Shown here piece by piece: positions 39,876 to 54,700 of a stretch of 64,000 nucleotides of DNA. Position 1 is the first letter of the stretch; every line of letters begins with the position of its first letter. A program made the translations under genes and the position numbers. This stretch comes from Octopus sinensis (Eukaryota). The stretch lies in the NCBI RefSeq assembly GCF_006345805.1, contig NC_042999.1, positions 77,996,001-78,060,000 on the forward strand, in the 5' to 3' direction. Below the pieces are notes generated by a model. That model made no database searches and had not been told where the DNA came from. It was given only the letters and a program-made list of their open reading frames with translations.

Positions 39876-40384
39876 ATTACCTCTGTCTTAGCGAAGGCGG
39901 AAGTATTGTTTTCAGTCATGTTTGTTTGTTTGTTTGTTTGTCTGTGGACAAGATATCTCAAGAACCACTAGATGGATCTGGATGAAACTTTCAGGGATGT
40001 TTGGCCTTGTAACTGGCATGATCTCATTAGATTTTGAGATCAATCTGGTACCGGACAAAGATTCTGGATTATTTTCCTGATTTTTTAAACTTTACATATA
40101 TATATATATATAAAGTTTCACATAGTTCTCATGTACATGCACACACATACACTCACACATTTTCAGCATTGAACATTACCATTCCATTTTGATTGTGTAC
40201 ACACACACATCTCTCTTTTACACACACGTACTCACACTTCAAACACCGTTTATTGGCTTTTTCATTCTTTCCTTCGTTATTCATCTATCACCCCTTCTTT
40301 TCTCATTCCCTCTCAGTCATAGCTATTACCCTCACAACTTCTCCTTCACCATATTAATATTTCATCCCCTCTCCCTTCACCTCT

Positions 40385-40442
<58 letters not shown>

Positions 40443-40609
40443 ATTATTTTTCCATTTGAGAGTGGTCGGGTTCATTTTTAGCATTCTTGTTTGTGACAGC
40501 AGTCCCATTTATTTCAGATATTCTCATTTTAAAAATCATCTCCAGCTAATCATTAAGAGGACGTTGGTGTTGCCTTGGCGGAGGTTTGCGCTCTCTGAGT
40601 GCTCTCGTT
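39876..40609 (+). mobile_element. Helentron-associated / DINE-1-like non-autonomous element
   Basis: 5' attacctctgtc-ttagcgaa-ggcggaagta hairpin/subTIR and a (GTTT)n tract. 3' subTIR ggcggaggt (40577-40585) is followed by stem-loop gcgctc-tct-gagtgc and tt. No TSD. Confidence 0.8.
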
Positions 40610-40995
40610 GGTTATTAAATTATGTTATTTTAAATAATCACGTAAAAGCTTATGTACATTTCATAGAAATCTATAAACATTTAAGTTAAAATAATTTCAT
40701 TTTAAAAATCTGTACACAATTCCAAATTTCACAAAATGAAAAGGAAAGCATCAATATTTTATAAAATGGCTGCATTTATTTTCTCAATTTCAAAAAAGAT
40801 CATTTACTCAAAAAACTGCATATTTTTAACTTCAACCACCTTTCATATCTCACAGAATTCCATTTTACAAATAAGTTCGTACACTATCATAAACTACTTA
40901 TCTTTTCAACTGGAAATAGTACTTCCAAAAACAATTCTTATCCTTTTTGACCAACCTACCTCACTGTAAGTAAGATAACATATTGTCCAACATGC

Positions 40996-42492
40996 ATCAT
41001 CATCATTTAGCATCCATTGTCTTGCTGGCATGGGTTGGACAGTTTGACCAGGACTGGCAAGCTGTAAGACTCCAGTCTGATGTGGCATGGTTTCTATGGC
41101 TGGATGTCCTTCCAAACACCAACCACTCAAAGAGTGTAATGGGTGCTGTTACATGCAACTAGCATGGGTACCATTTGCATGACACAGATATCTGCAACAA
41201 CAGTGATTTTACTTGGCTTGATGGGTCTTCTTCTCAAGCATGACATAATGCCAAAGTTCTCAGTCATTGCCTCTGTGAGGCCCAACACTTGAAAGGAACT
41301 TTTCACATGATACTGGCACCAGCCACTTTGCCTCCATGAGGCCCAATGCTCGAAAGTTAAATGACACCAGCATCAGCTATGATTACGATTTTACTTGGTT
41401 TGTTGGGTCTTCTCAAGTACAGCATATCACCAAAGGTCTCAGTCACTACTAATTGTCTCTGGGAGACCCAGAGTTTGAAGATCATGCTTCACTACCTCAT
41501 CCCATGTCTTCCTGAGTCTACCTCCGCCACAGGGTCCTCCACAGTTAGAGATCAGCACTTCTTTACACAGCTGTCCTCATCCATATGCATCACATGACCA
41601 TACCAACATAGCCGCCTCTCTTGCACACCATATCTGATGCTTCTTATTCCCAACTTATTCTCAAGATGCTTATGCTTAAACAAACATTGCACATCCAGCA
41701 AAGCATACTGACTTCATTTCTCTCAAGCCTATGTATGTCCTTGGCTGTCACAGCTCATGTTTCACTGCCATGTAGCACAGCTGTTCACACACAGGCATCA
41801 TGCAATCTGCCTTTCATTCAGAGTGAGAGGACCTTTGTTGCCAGCAGAGGTAGAAGCTTTCTGAACTTTGCCCAGCCTAATCTTATTCTCACAGGTATGC
41901 TCTTGGAACATCCACCTCCACTACTAACTTGGTCACCTAGATAACAGAAGCTATCTACTACTTCCAGCTTACCCAACTTGATAGAGTATATTTTCTGTAC
42001 ATTTTCAGTGTTCACTGTACCAGTGCATCTTCCACATACAAAAGCTATTTTTCCTGTTAACCTTCCTCTGATATTGCAGCACCTCTTAAGTGTCCATAGC
42101 TTATACCGGGTACATCTAATGGAGTTTCTACCTACACCTTTTTTACAGATCAAGCAGGGCCATCTACCTGAAGGAATTTGTGATTTGTCTGCCTTCCTAC
42201 TTACTAAGACTTTGGTTTTTGCTAGATTAACTCTAAGGACCTTTGATTCTAGACCTTGTTTCCATACCTGAAACTCCTATAGTTCTGACAGTGATTTAGC
42301 TATAAGAACAAAGTCATTAGCATAGAGGAGCTCGCAGGGGCAGCCTATCTTAAATTCTTCTGTTATTGCCTGGCAGACTATGAATAACAAGAGAGGACTG
42401 AGGACCAATCCTTGGTGAACCCTTACTTATACCCTGAATTCTTTGCCGTACTCGTTACCAACCCTCATCTTGCCAGTAGCGTCATTATACAG
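40996..42492 (-). mobile_element. 5'-truncated RTE LINE with RT core and Cys-rich insert
   Basis: VHQGLVLSPLL..ELLYANDFVL (YADD decayed)..LRVNLAKTKVL..WPCLICKKGVGRNSIRC..KRC..FVCGRC..LEVVDSFCYLGD..GWAKFRKLLPLL. Ends in a (cat)n tail at 40996. Confidence 0.93.
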
Positions 42493-45400
42493 AAATTCAT
42501 TTGATACTAATAAATTTGAAATAGATGAAAAACATTTTAAAGGTACTGAATTTAAATTGATCCTCATTTTGTCATAGATTCAAATGAATAATGATATTGC
42601 TTTCAGGAGAAAATATCTCTGTTTAGGTACTTTATTTCAGATGCTTCATCTATAGTGCATTTAGTTTTTAATACAACAAATTTTCTCATTTGCATGTATG
42701 AATGTATGCACTCAGAGACTGAGATACAGAGATATGATTAAACTTCTGAAGACAGTGTTGGCACCCACAGCTGGATTATAGCAGCCCAAGACACAAACCT
42801 ATGAAGGAAAACAATCCACTTTTCCTACTATGACTTGACATATGGATTTTCAAATTTGGTGTGCATCATGTGTGTGCAAAACACACATTTACATTTTGTT
42901 TGTTATAAGTTGTAGTAGTGCAGTAACTATAGTTCAGAAGTTCAAACACCTGACTGCCTTATAGTTGGGAGTAACAAGAATGCATAAGCAAAGAATTATT
43001 AATTCACAGTATAGTGCAAGCACTAAATTCTCTAAGTTTTTAATTTAATTTTTTAAAACTCATTGTTTTGATCTGGGAAAGAGGGCTGTGCCCATCACCC
43101 TTGTAGGTCCTCTAAGACTGGCGATGTAAATGTTAATGTTCTATTTGGACAAATCAAGGCTACAGGGGAAAACACCTACCAAGAGAGTATTCCAAATGGA
43201 TAGCATTCTGGGGAGGAAAGACCAGAAAGATAGTCAGATCTGGGTGTGGAAGGTGGACACTTAATAGATGATGAAATGAGACATGAGTTGGAAGTATGAG
43301 TGGAGATGGCATGTGACCAACCAGCTCCAAGAAGCAGAGACCATTGTAGTAGCACCAGAAAAGGTAATTAGGTAAATAGGTACCATGGGATAGTAAGGTT
43401 CACCACTATTAGTGATAGACCAATAAAATTGACAAATGTTCCTTGAGCACAGAGCTGAATTTTGATCCTTCTATGGATTTCAGCCAAGCTAAAAGAATTA
43501 ATACCACACCTATATCCTCAATTCTATCAGTAATGCAAGCACACAACTACTTGCTTTGGTTTGTGAGACTGAAGTTCAGTTGTATCCCAATTTCTAATAG
43601 TTTTATTGTTAGCAGTAGGAAAGGCATTAGATTTAGCTTTGAAAATAATTGTTCCAGTATTATACACATCTCCATAGTTATGAAAATTGTCGTGTTCAAG
43701 TGAACCTGTTAAAATGATATAAAACTCAATGTGTATGCATACATAAAAATTGATGAACGCGTGCACATACTTGTGTAAATAAACTAACTTATGGAATTAG
43801 ACAAGAGTATTTAAAATTTAGCAGTAAAAAGATAAACCAATTTATTAAACACAGACTTGAGAATTTTTATCAGATAACCTTAAATAATATTAAAATGAAC
43901 TCCAACTTTATTTCTTTAAACTACAAAATAAATTTCACATTCTGCCTTTTTATTGTTTAAAGTCCATAAATCAATATTTGATTACAGGCTGGTGTTACAT
44001 GATTAAGAAAATGTCACACATCTTTAATGAATTAGGATGTACAGTATGAGTTTTCTAATGACAGCTATGCAAGACTTCAGATATACAGTTGACGATCAGC
44101 TACATGTTAGCTCACAGCTATTCTTAGTAATAAAAAGACTATTAGATATCTAATTGTTCAGTTTCACTTGACATCTGTTTAAACAGACTACAACAGTTTA
44201 GATGGGAAGAAATTAACATCATATTTTAGTAGTCGTTCCTATTGCTAGCCACCAGTTGTAACCCAACCACAAACAATGACATCACCACCCTTAGCTAAGC
44301 CCAGCATAATTTTCTAAATATTTACAAGTATACACACACGCAGACCATCGTGGAATTTGAACTCAAAATGCTAAGAAGAGCCACAAATATTGCAAGGCAT
44401 TCTATGCAATGCTTTAACATCCACCAGTTCACCACCCTATAAAAGAACATCAAAGTTTATGAGGTTGTACAACATTCAGGTCTTCCTAAATTCCTAATAC
44501 ACTTCAGAAGTTTAATGCTACACTATTGAAAAATTAAATCAAACATTCCAGATTCTAATTAGAAAGACTGCATTATGCAGTGTACTCTTACTAATACTAC
44601 TACTTGATTCTCTAAATTTGTTGACTTGGGAAAAAAATTTCAGTATTGATAAAGTTCTAATTTAGGTACTGTAGGTGCTGCTCACAACAAAAAAATTTAT
44701 AACATGTGTATGCTTGTTTACTATTTTGTTAATATAGTACTAGGAACATAAGAATTGTCAAAATTTGTTTCCTACTAACAATTTTTCAGAACTTATGAGG
44801 AGTGAAATGCCCTTAGTGCCCTTGGTCACAAAGGTGATTCTCCACTTGTTTTTAAAGATAGCAGAGCAACAGAAATATGATGCAATTTGGTTTTGAGATC
44901 AAACTGTATGAGGTTTGATATCACCACTCATTTCTCCAGAGTCAAGAGAGATACTGAAGTTCAACTGACTTCAGTACTTTCTTATCAATATAAAATTCCC
45001 AAATCCTAAAGATTTTTTTATGCAATGTAATTAGCCCAGTATAAAGATTATACAACTATTGCATGAATTTGGATGAAATTTGCTGATACAATAATCGCTG
45101 GTGTACATTGTGAATGTAGTTTTTACTTGTTGTTGGAGTTTTACTTTTCATATCATTTCACTTGCCAAAGTAGGTTGAATGCAGTTGAGCTGATTATACA
45201 TAGGTGTTTTCACATACACTTGCAATATGCCGATTCCTGGACACTGATTACTTGTCTCTTTGTAACTTGGAAGCTGCACAACACCCATTAGAAAAATGAT
45301 TCCAGTTTATACTTTCCTCTCCACCAGCCATTATTGTAAAGTGGTGAATGTTATGGAGTAAACTGGTAAACTTTCAACTGGTTGAAACACTATCACTGTT

Positions 45401-46214
45401 TCAATCCCAAGTAAAACCATTTTATATGATTTACACAGCCAATATCCATGGGAAAAGCATGAACATCTTAATTCTCATCACTCCCCTTGCAAATAAAAGT
45501 AAAAGGCATATCACACCTGCCAACTCATACAAGGACAGAAAAAAACAGGCATAGAAATTCTGAGAATATTAGTGCATATTAGTTGGAATTCTATAATTTT
45601 AAAGAATGATTACTTGGCTTTCCCTAGCTCATGTACCATAGTGATGAACCTGTCACTGTTCAGCTGCTTTTGAGTTCCAAAGCTACAACTGTCTCTGGAC
45701 TTTCACATGTTCTATATGAACACGATGACTCCAAATCAGTGAAAAGCTTTATTTTTCTGTCAAGGTTCTTGATTTGTCAATTTCATTTCAAAATATTTTA
45801 ATTGCATTAGTACTACATGACTATTGATTGAAGGTTTTTGTTCAGTAAATTCATTGATTCTTTTATAATATCCTCCATCAGCTTGAGGAGCTGAATCTCA
45901 TCGCTTTCCTTAATCCTGAGCTATTAATGTATTTCAACAAATGAGATATTTTTGGATTTGATAAGGTGTGGGGAGGGGGGATGGTGCACTTGTCTAGCCT
46001 AAATTCCATTTTGCTATCCTTGGACTTCTACACAGTCTACAAAGTATCCCAGAGCAACTCCATTATTGTAATTAGAATGGCAGGACACAGAGTAAATGCC
46101 TTACAGTATTTAGTTTTGTTCAGAATTTAAATCCATCCAATGCCTAGTTTGCTCTTCAGCTTTGTAATTAATCAAATAACCATTAACTATACAATGAGAC
46201 AATTCAATTGACTA

Positions 46215-46395
46215 TCATTATCATAATCGTTTAATGTCCGCTTTCCATGCTGGCATGGGTTAGCTGGATGCCCTTCCTAACGGCGACCACTCCAAGAGTG
46301 GAGTGGGTGCTTTTATGTGGCACCGGCACAGGAGCCAATCCAGCAGCATTGGCAATGACCACACTTGAATGTTGTTTTCCACGTACCACCAGCAC
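46215..46395 (-). mobile_element. RTE tail fragment
   Basis: cgtttaatgtccgctttccatgctggcatgggtt-agctggatgcccttcctaacggcgaccactcc..gtgggtgctttt. Confidence 0.82.
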
Positions 46396-46868
46396 ACACA
46401 TACATACATATATATATATACACATACATACATACATATATATATACACATACATACATACATATATATATACACATACATACATACATATATATACACA
46501 TACATACATACATATATATATACACATACATACATACATATATATATACACATACATACATACATATATATACACATACATACATACATACTAAAATCAC
46601 CCACTACACTCTCGGAGTGGTTGGCGTTAGGAAGGGCATCCAGCTGTAGAAACACTGCCAGATCTGACTGGCCTGGTGCAGCCTTCGGGCTCCCCAGACC
46701 CCAGTTGAACCGTCCAACCCATGCTAGCATGGAAAACGGACGCTAAATGATGATGATGATGATGATGATACATACATACATACATATATATACACATACA
46801 TACATATATACACATACATACACATACATACATACACATACATACATACATACATACATATATACACA

Positions 46869-46902
<34 letters not shown>

Positions 46903-47510
46903 CACATACATACATACATACATACATATATACACATACATACATACATACATATATACACATACATACATACATACATACATATATACACATACATACA
47001 TACATACATATATACACATACATACATACATACATACATATATACACATACATACATACATATATACACATACATACATACATACACATACATACATACA
47101 TACATACATATATACACATACATACATACATACATACATATATACACATACATACATACATACATACATATACACATACATACATACATACATACATATT
47201 ACACATACATACATACATACATACATACACATACATACATATATACACATACATACATACATACACATACATACACATACATACATACATACATACATAT
47301 ATACACATACATACATACATACATACATATATACACATACATACATACATACATACATATATACACATACATACATACATACATACATATATACACATAC
47401 ATACATACATACATACATACACATACATACATATATACACATACATACATACATACACATACATACATACATACACATACATACATACATACACATACAT
47501 ACATACATAC

Positions 47511-47561
<51 letters not shown>

Positions 47562-47562
47562 C
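46396..47562. repeat. (CATA)n-based compound microsatellite in two blocks (46396-46590, 46769-47562)
   Basis: Seen directly. Higher-order units (cata)4-5-tataca. Source of the spurious 120-310 aa ORFs. Confidence 0.95.
46592..46768 (+). mobile_element. RTE tail fragment
   Basis: cacccactacactctcggagtggttggcgttaggaagggcatccagc..cccatgctagcatggaaaacggacgctaaa(tga)n. Confidence 0.88.
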
Positions 47563-48289
47563 ATATGGATATATATATATGTGTGCGTGTGTGTATCAAA
47601 ATAAGCAATAAGGATATCCAGAGGTGATGCAGTACGATTGTTTCACGCAACTCCATTTAATTGAACAATGCAACCATTACATCAATTTAAATGCATAACA
47701 ATCCTCAGCTGCACAAAGACATAGAATTTAATTAAATCAAAACAAATGGACACAGTATGATTTTACTTAAAATTTCCAAGAAGTTAAGGAGATAGACAAA
47801 ACATACTACCTTCACTTAAGCTTAGAAGCTACTAAGGTATCAGGAAGAAAGACTTGTTAGAGATTTTGCTTGTCACTGTTTTATGGGGTCAGTTTTAATT
47901 TATAGACTAGTTTTATCAAATACTTGTATGCCTAAGAATATCTGGACAGTTAGACGATACAAAAAACACAAGAAAAAACAAGGACGGGTCATTCAGAGCT
48001 TTCTATCATCAGTTGAGTTGCAGATCGTCATTGCAGTTTCGGCTGGCTATAGTTGAGACTGCTCTAATCTGGCTGGCCACAAGGAAATGTAAGCTAAGAA
48101 CACTAGATTCTCTGGAAGAAAGCAAGCGAATGTATATGAAAACAAGGAAGAAGGAAAAAAAAAAAAGAATAGAGAAATGGTACACAATTACAAATACAAA
48201 GTCAGAAATGTTACTGCTGCAGCAAGCTGATAGAAACTTTAGTACCTCAGAAAAAATGCAAAGTGGCATTTCATCTTTCTTCTGTTATG

Positions 48290-48429
48290 AGATTAAATTC
48301 CACTGAAGTCGACTTCGCCTTCCATTCTTTCGGGGTTGATAAATTAAGTACCAGTGAAACACTGGTACTTAATTTAATCAACTAGCCTCCTCTCCCAAAA
48401 TTTCAGGCTTTGCGCCTTTAGTAGAAAGG

Positions 48430-48467
<38 letters not shown>

Positions 48468-48710
48468 GGCGCCGAGCTGGCAGAAATGCAAGCATGCCAG
48501 GCGAAATGCTTAGTGGTATTTTGTCTGTCTTTACGTTCTGAGATCAAATTCCGCCAAGGTAAACTTTGCCTTTCATCCTTTCGGAGTCGATAAATTAAGT
48601 ACCAGTTGCATACTGGGGTCGATCTAATCAACTAGCCCTCACTCCCCTACAAAAAAAAAAGTTGGGACCTTGTGGCTAGAGTAGAAACGGTTATTATTAT
48701 TACTACTACT
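48290..48710 (+). mobile_element. Two head-to-tail tRNA-derived SINEs (first 5'-truncated, second full length from 48468)
   Basis: ggcgccgagctggcagaa..gagatcaaattcc..ctttgcctttcatcctttcggagtcgataaattaagtaccag. Each copy ends in (att)n. Confidence 0.88.
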
Positions 48711-51700
48711 ATTTCTACTAGGATGGGAATTTGACAAAACGCTATCTCTTTATATTCAGAATTCAAATTTTATTTGCAAAAAGTAAAATAATAGAGATAA
48801 TAAATCAAACTCAATTCAATCAACTATTTCCTTCCCAATAAATTTGTATCCTTGTGTCAATCAATATGAGAAGTCATCATCTTTATTATAGCACCACCAT
48901 GTACTATAATAATGATATACACACATGCACACACCTGCTTCAAAACAAATTTTATTTCTGAAGATAAAACTGGTTCCCTCTTAATCCCCAAGTTTGATGC
49001 CATAATTAAGTAGAACATATTTGCATTTCAATCCTAATTACTTACAATTTTACTAAAGTTAGATTAATGAAAACAGTTACCATACTTTAAATCAGGACAC
49101 TATTCATAATTTTTATATTTCATTAAGTCAATAATGGGGAAAATTGGCCATTTTAGTTGTCTGGCTAATTACCTTTTTTTTATGGAAAAGATAAACAGAA
49201 ACTACTTTTAACAAAATTTTTTTTTTCTCTAGAGATGAAGTAATAGAAACAATGCAGTGGCTGTGTGTATGTGTACTTGCACATGCAAATGTGAAAAGAA
49301 AAAAAAGGAAAAGAAAATTCTGACTATAAAAAAAATGCCTGGCTTAATATTAGCTTTTCAACTTTTTCCAACCTGCAGGCTTTAGAAACCAGAAAAAATA
49401 TTTTTTGTAGTAATCTACACATAATAGTCCAACAAAAAAAGGTAAAACATTGGAGAAATTTCATAGTAAACCAATGAAGTTATGTTCAAAGCCTGATTTT
49501 AATACTACATATCTCATCCTGCTGTGCATTGTTGTTGGTCCTTGAGATATCAATTTCATTTTCACTATCTGCAAATGACCAGCTATTCCAGCTATGATTG
49601 TAGCCTAAGCTTTGAGCTACCCACCTATTATGCAGAACAATTTGTTGGCTTGATACTACCTTAAGTCCTAAATGACCCTAATGGATTAAATGATGGCCAA
49701 TTAGTTTGAGTTCAAATCCACTGTAAACATTTCATTTTTACTTTAGATATAAGGTATGATCTGATTCACTTCCTTTACCCAGCTGTCAGTGATAGGTATC
49801 AGATTGTCTGTAAAAAGTTATATGCAGGAGTTGCATTCTATCTAATGGAAGGAACCCTCACCTTACAATGTAGAGAGTTGATTTTAAGCACTGGCTTCAT
49901 GATTTACACTTTTTAATTAACTCTTAGCTTCTTGGGATGAACAGAAGGGTTGATTTCATTTAGATTTGGACAGATTTCTTTTCACACTCATTACTAGGAA
50001 GCACAAAGACATCTTTCATTTCAATTTCAATACATTACAAGTTATTACTATTGTAATGATTAAAACGGGCAGATAACAGAAATGGTAGGGTGCCAGGCAA
50101 AAAAAAAAAAAAAAATTTTTTTTTCTTTTTCCTTTTATACATTTCTCAGGGCTAATATAAAAGAAATGTCAGTCAAGTACTGGGAGTCAAATTGTGTGGA
50201 TACAATCTGAAATTTTGTGGTTATGTGTTAGTATCATAACTCATTAGCATTATTTTAAATAGCAATATTTAGCCTTTAACCCTTCAATCATGAAATGATT
50301 TTCATCTTTTATCCTTCTGGTGTTGATAAAATATGTACTAGTCACACGCTGGTCAATTTAATCAACCCTATGGTTTTTGGTCTTGTGTCAAGATTTAAAA
50401 TTGAAAAGCAATCTGAGGTTCTATAAAAAAAATATATCTACACCATTTGAAGATTTTAATTAACAACAATCTTTTTCTAATTATGAATACTACTGAGAAT
50501 GCCTAAATAGTAAAAAAAAAATCAATTTACAATGTCATATGGGAAGAATATTTTTATTAACAGTATGAAAAAAAATTTGTTTTTCAACAAAATCCCCACC
50601 ACCACAGCTTTCTCAAAAATAAGAACAAGAATGATATCCCTGATGCATTGTTGATTTAAGACTATTGAATCATATAATGTGTTGCAAGAATAGCAAATCA
50701 TAATAGATTTGAAAAATCCCCCCCGAGTAAATTGTATATGGCTATAATTGAATAAAAGAATTACATTCAATGCACTGGTGAATTTTATTGATATATTTAT
50801 TTATTTATTTATTTTAAAATTAAGTCATCTGAATTTTGCTTGCTGATTTACTGATTACCTTCAAACATTTCCCTCTCTGTATACACACACACACACTCTC
50901 TCTCTCGATGCCAAGACACCAACTATGAATGGAGAAATAAAGATGTAGATACCAAAATATCTGGGGTGGTTTTTTTTTTTTTGTAAATGGACATTAGTTT
51001 GGTGGGTGGGAGACAAAATTTCTTTTGAGATATATTTTTCCTTATGTAAACTAATTTAGTCAACAACTATCTCTGGATACCAAGTCTCCAAGTTTAAATT
51101 ACCAAATTCATAACATTTTATAATTGGTGTCTCAGTTGTACATGAAATTCATAGCAACACAAGATTTTTTGGGGTGTGCTAATATGGTATTTTGCATTGT
51201 TCCAGAATAGAATATACTTTGCAAATGGAAACAAAGCAGAATGTAACATCCAAAGTCATTTATCTAATATATTTTCGAAGTGTAAATATTTCAAAGATAA
51301 ACAAATGAAAAATAATGTACCTCACTCCTACAACTTTTGGTTGTTCAAAGTTAAGTTAGATGCTAATACTATGAATTTTTCAATTAACAAAGATAATAAA
51401 AATGTCAAAAGAATTTAAGAGGAATTACTGAAAGCAATTGGAATTGTTGCTGAGCTTTTCATGCAAATTCCATATTTGCTAACTCTTAGCTTAAATTTCA
51501 CATACTGCATAGTACAGAGCAAAAATGAAATGAAAAATTATCAAACAACATTGACATAGCAACTGATGCAAGAAAACTATTCAATCTCCACAAAGAACCT
51601 GTAGAATACATATTCCTAATAATGCAAAACCAGTCAAACTATGATGGAAATTGTATCACCTCAGTGTTAGGTATTCAGTACATAAAGACCATAAACAACT

Positions 51701-54700
51701 CACTAGAAATGGAAGCAGCCAAGCTAAAAACCAACACCACCAAACATAATAAACATACATACTATCACCAACATGACCCACTACCACACAGAATATCAAC
51801 AGTATTTAAGGAAAACTTCAATGCATAAAACTTGACATATGGTAGAAGAAAAGAATATCACAACTAAATTCCCTCTATTTCAATAACACCTCATATTCAC
51901 AATAGTTAGCTACAATATATAACTACTGCACCCATATAGGCAAACAATACCACAACACTCCTTTAATCATGTACCTAATATCATCAAAATATACCTCAAT
52001 GAACAAAACTAGGAACTTTACAAACTTCAATAAAAGCTCATTGAACCAGTAAGAGAAAATTTCAGTTCAAAACTGAACAACAGATTCTACAACACACACA
52101 CTCACCAACAAGTAACACAGGTATACCTATTAACCAACAATGGAGCCTGTATGTGGTCACTCAACCCATTAGAAATCGATGTCAATTATCACTCAAACTT
52201 CATACTATTATTAAAAATTAAAGATAAGACATGAAATAATGTAATTCTATACCTCCATTTAAAATGATAGGCTGGTCACAGCTGGAATACCTGTATTTAT
52301 AAGACTGCTCAATCACAGATGACCTGAGATTGCCAGGATTAAACAACAATCAACTTTGTTGAATTAAAACATGCAGTATGGGTTTTCTCTACAATTAGGC
52401 ATTCAAGCATTGAGATTCAAGCCTCTGGTCTAGAGGTATCTTCTTTCTTCCCTACCATCAGTGTCAGAAGACCTGAAAAGAGTCATAGATGCTGCCATCC
52501 TTCCTCTGACTAAGCCAGTATTTTTTCTATAAGGAGAGGGCCACGTTTAATAAAATTAAGATAACTTTAAACTGTTTAAACTTTCCTCAACATCAGAGTA
52601 AAGGGGGGAAAAAAAAGAATTATATGGATGCAAAAATCTTTTGTTTTCTAATCTGTAAAAAGAAAAGAAAGACAAAACATAAATTTTAATATTTCTTGGT
52701 GAGGAGATCATATCAGCCTGCAAACCATTGAACTGAGCCATGAAGAAAAGAGAAAGTGGTGAAATCCCACTTCATTTCTATACTCAGTATGTTGGAGTGA
52801 TTTATCTAAATGACAATTAAAGCAATATAAACCAATGATTACCATCTTTCAGGTTTTAAATGATCCAACACAGATCTAATACATAAAACAATTTTAGATA
52901 GCAAACTGAAAATTTTTTATGTTGATACATCAATCAGGTCTTGTTGAAATTCAATTGAGTTTATTTTTCAGAATAATTGTCTTCAAGCATAAGATTTATC
53001 AAATCTATGATAGTGCAGGTTTAACTAGTCTTAAAAAATGTAATTACTTTATAAACCAGTAAAAAAATTAAAGATAAAATAGAACAAAAGGCATCCATAC
53101 TGTGGAAAGATATAATTTGTAACAAGTGCTTTCAAAAATCTTGACAATACTGATTCAAAACAACATAAGATTAACTCTTAGACTAAACTTAATAATTAAC
53201 TAGTGAGATCCATGAATATTTCAAGGAATTAATGGTAAACTTATTGGTTTATTTCTGAAAACTTTATCCAAAAAACCTGAAAGTATAGCCGGTTTCATGT
53301 CTGTATCAAATGATAGTCACTCATCTGCAAATCATTGAAGAATAAAGGAAATTAGAATACGATAAATTAATGCACTTTATATACTTTATACACAATTTCT
53401 TCAACTTAATACACAGCACTCTGCCTCTTCTCTCTCCTTTTTCTCTTGCTCATTGCCTTTCTCTTCAACTTATGTGAAAGTGTTACACACAGGCTAAGTA
53501 ATGGAGGGGGGGAAAACTTAGTTTTAAAAAAAAATTGTACATTTCACTCACCACCCATTTCCTCCTCCATCTCTCCTTCAACTAATCACATGGAAGTATT
53601 ACAGACAAGCTAAGTAATGGAAGAACAAGCAAAATTATTATAAGACTCTCTTTCGCTCTCTCTCAGAACAAAACTCAAAATTAGCAATACAATTGCAATT
53701 AAGTCTGTTAAATTGCAAGTGATATAAATGAAATTAGAAAGTGTTACAAGCCCTCCCTCCACTCATTACAGATTCTATTGGCTTAGGTTTACTAACTGTT
53801 GGTGCTTATTCACAAATGGTGACAAAGGTTAATATACATACTTTTTTTTAAGTAAGTCTTAAGAAAAATACAATTATTTCTCTGTACTTTGTCAGTTTCC
53901 TTTAGCTTAACAGTCCCTTTCTTTAAAACAAGTGCCAACACAAACTTGATTAAAGACAAATGATTAACTAGAAGAGAAACAAATTGGATAATTGATTACT
54001 CATAGATACTTTACTAGGCCATATTTAAAGAGATATTTGGAAATTGTTATAACTTTTTGCTAACCATACCAAGAATAGGCTTAAGAAGCTAACCAAGAGA
54101 TAAAAGTAATTCTCAAAGTACAGTCCAATTTTCAAAATAATCTCTGCATCTGAATGAACAAAACACACACACACACTAAAGAACTATCTTGAACAGCTCT
54201 TTAAATGATAAATTTCAAAAATTGATGAACATTACTGGAGGTGTCTTGAGAAGCGGAATAAAATAGATATTCAATAGAAGATTACTATTATTTAAAATAT
54301 GACACCTTAACCGTATAATCAATAAAACCGATCATTGCTGAAAAGATCTGAAAGCAGTTCTCAACAGGATATTTTCAGTTCTTTTTCCTCTGATACTATA
54401 TCTGTTGGACATAGCTATTTTGAACTAAAGCTCTCTAGGTTCAGCTGACAGCACTTTTCCAAACTGCATATATCAATAATGATTTTAGAAATTCAACAGA
54501 AAACTGTATTAATAATAATTTTTCTCAACCAATCTGCAATCATCTGATTAATCATACCATGTTTCTCCTCAAATTACTGCCAATCTATTGGCATCATTAT
54601 TGGACTTATTTCTCACCTGAACACTATGCAGCCTACATATATTGTCAGTAAAAGGTAATTATTAAACACTATGCTAGTTTCATTCTCAACATTAATTAAG

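Noticed and set aside
46231-47656. Long ORFs up to 310 aa (MYVCMYV.. / HTYIHTY..)
   Set aside because: Stop-free readings of the (CATA)n microsatellite.
47975-48100. Minus-strand CUGAUGA and CGAAAC hammerhead-like words in a probable PLE-like repeat
   Set aside because: They cannot be arranged with proper stems; CUGAUGA is followed by only 2 nt before GAAA.
51600-52130. A/C-rich strand-biased stretch suggesting an old LINE endonuclease region
   Set aside because: Too decayed to read convincing motifs.
52465-52528. cctgaaaagagtca...tgactaagccagt, similar to 18016-18045, resembling a decayed hammerhead
   Set aside because: Both core boxes deviate from CUGANGA and GAAA; at most a dead relic.
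52456-52652. Minus-strand AG...GT-bounded 197-nt segment starting AT and ending ATG, the size and phase I would expect for the missing upstream B56 exon
   Set aside because: Five in-frame stops and no B56 similarity; judged a coincidence, though the acceptor is strong.
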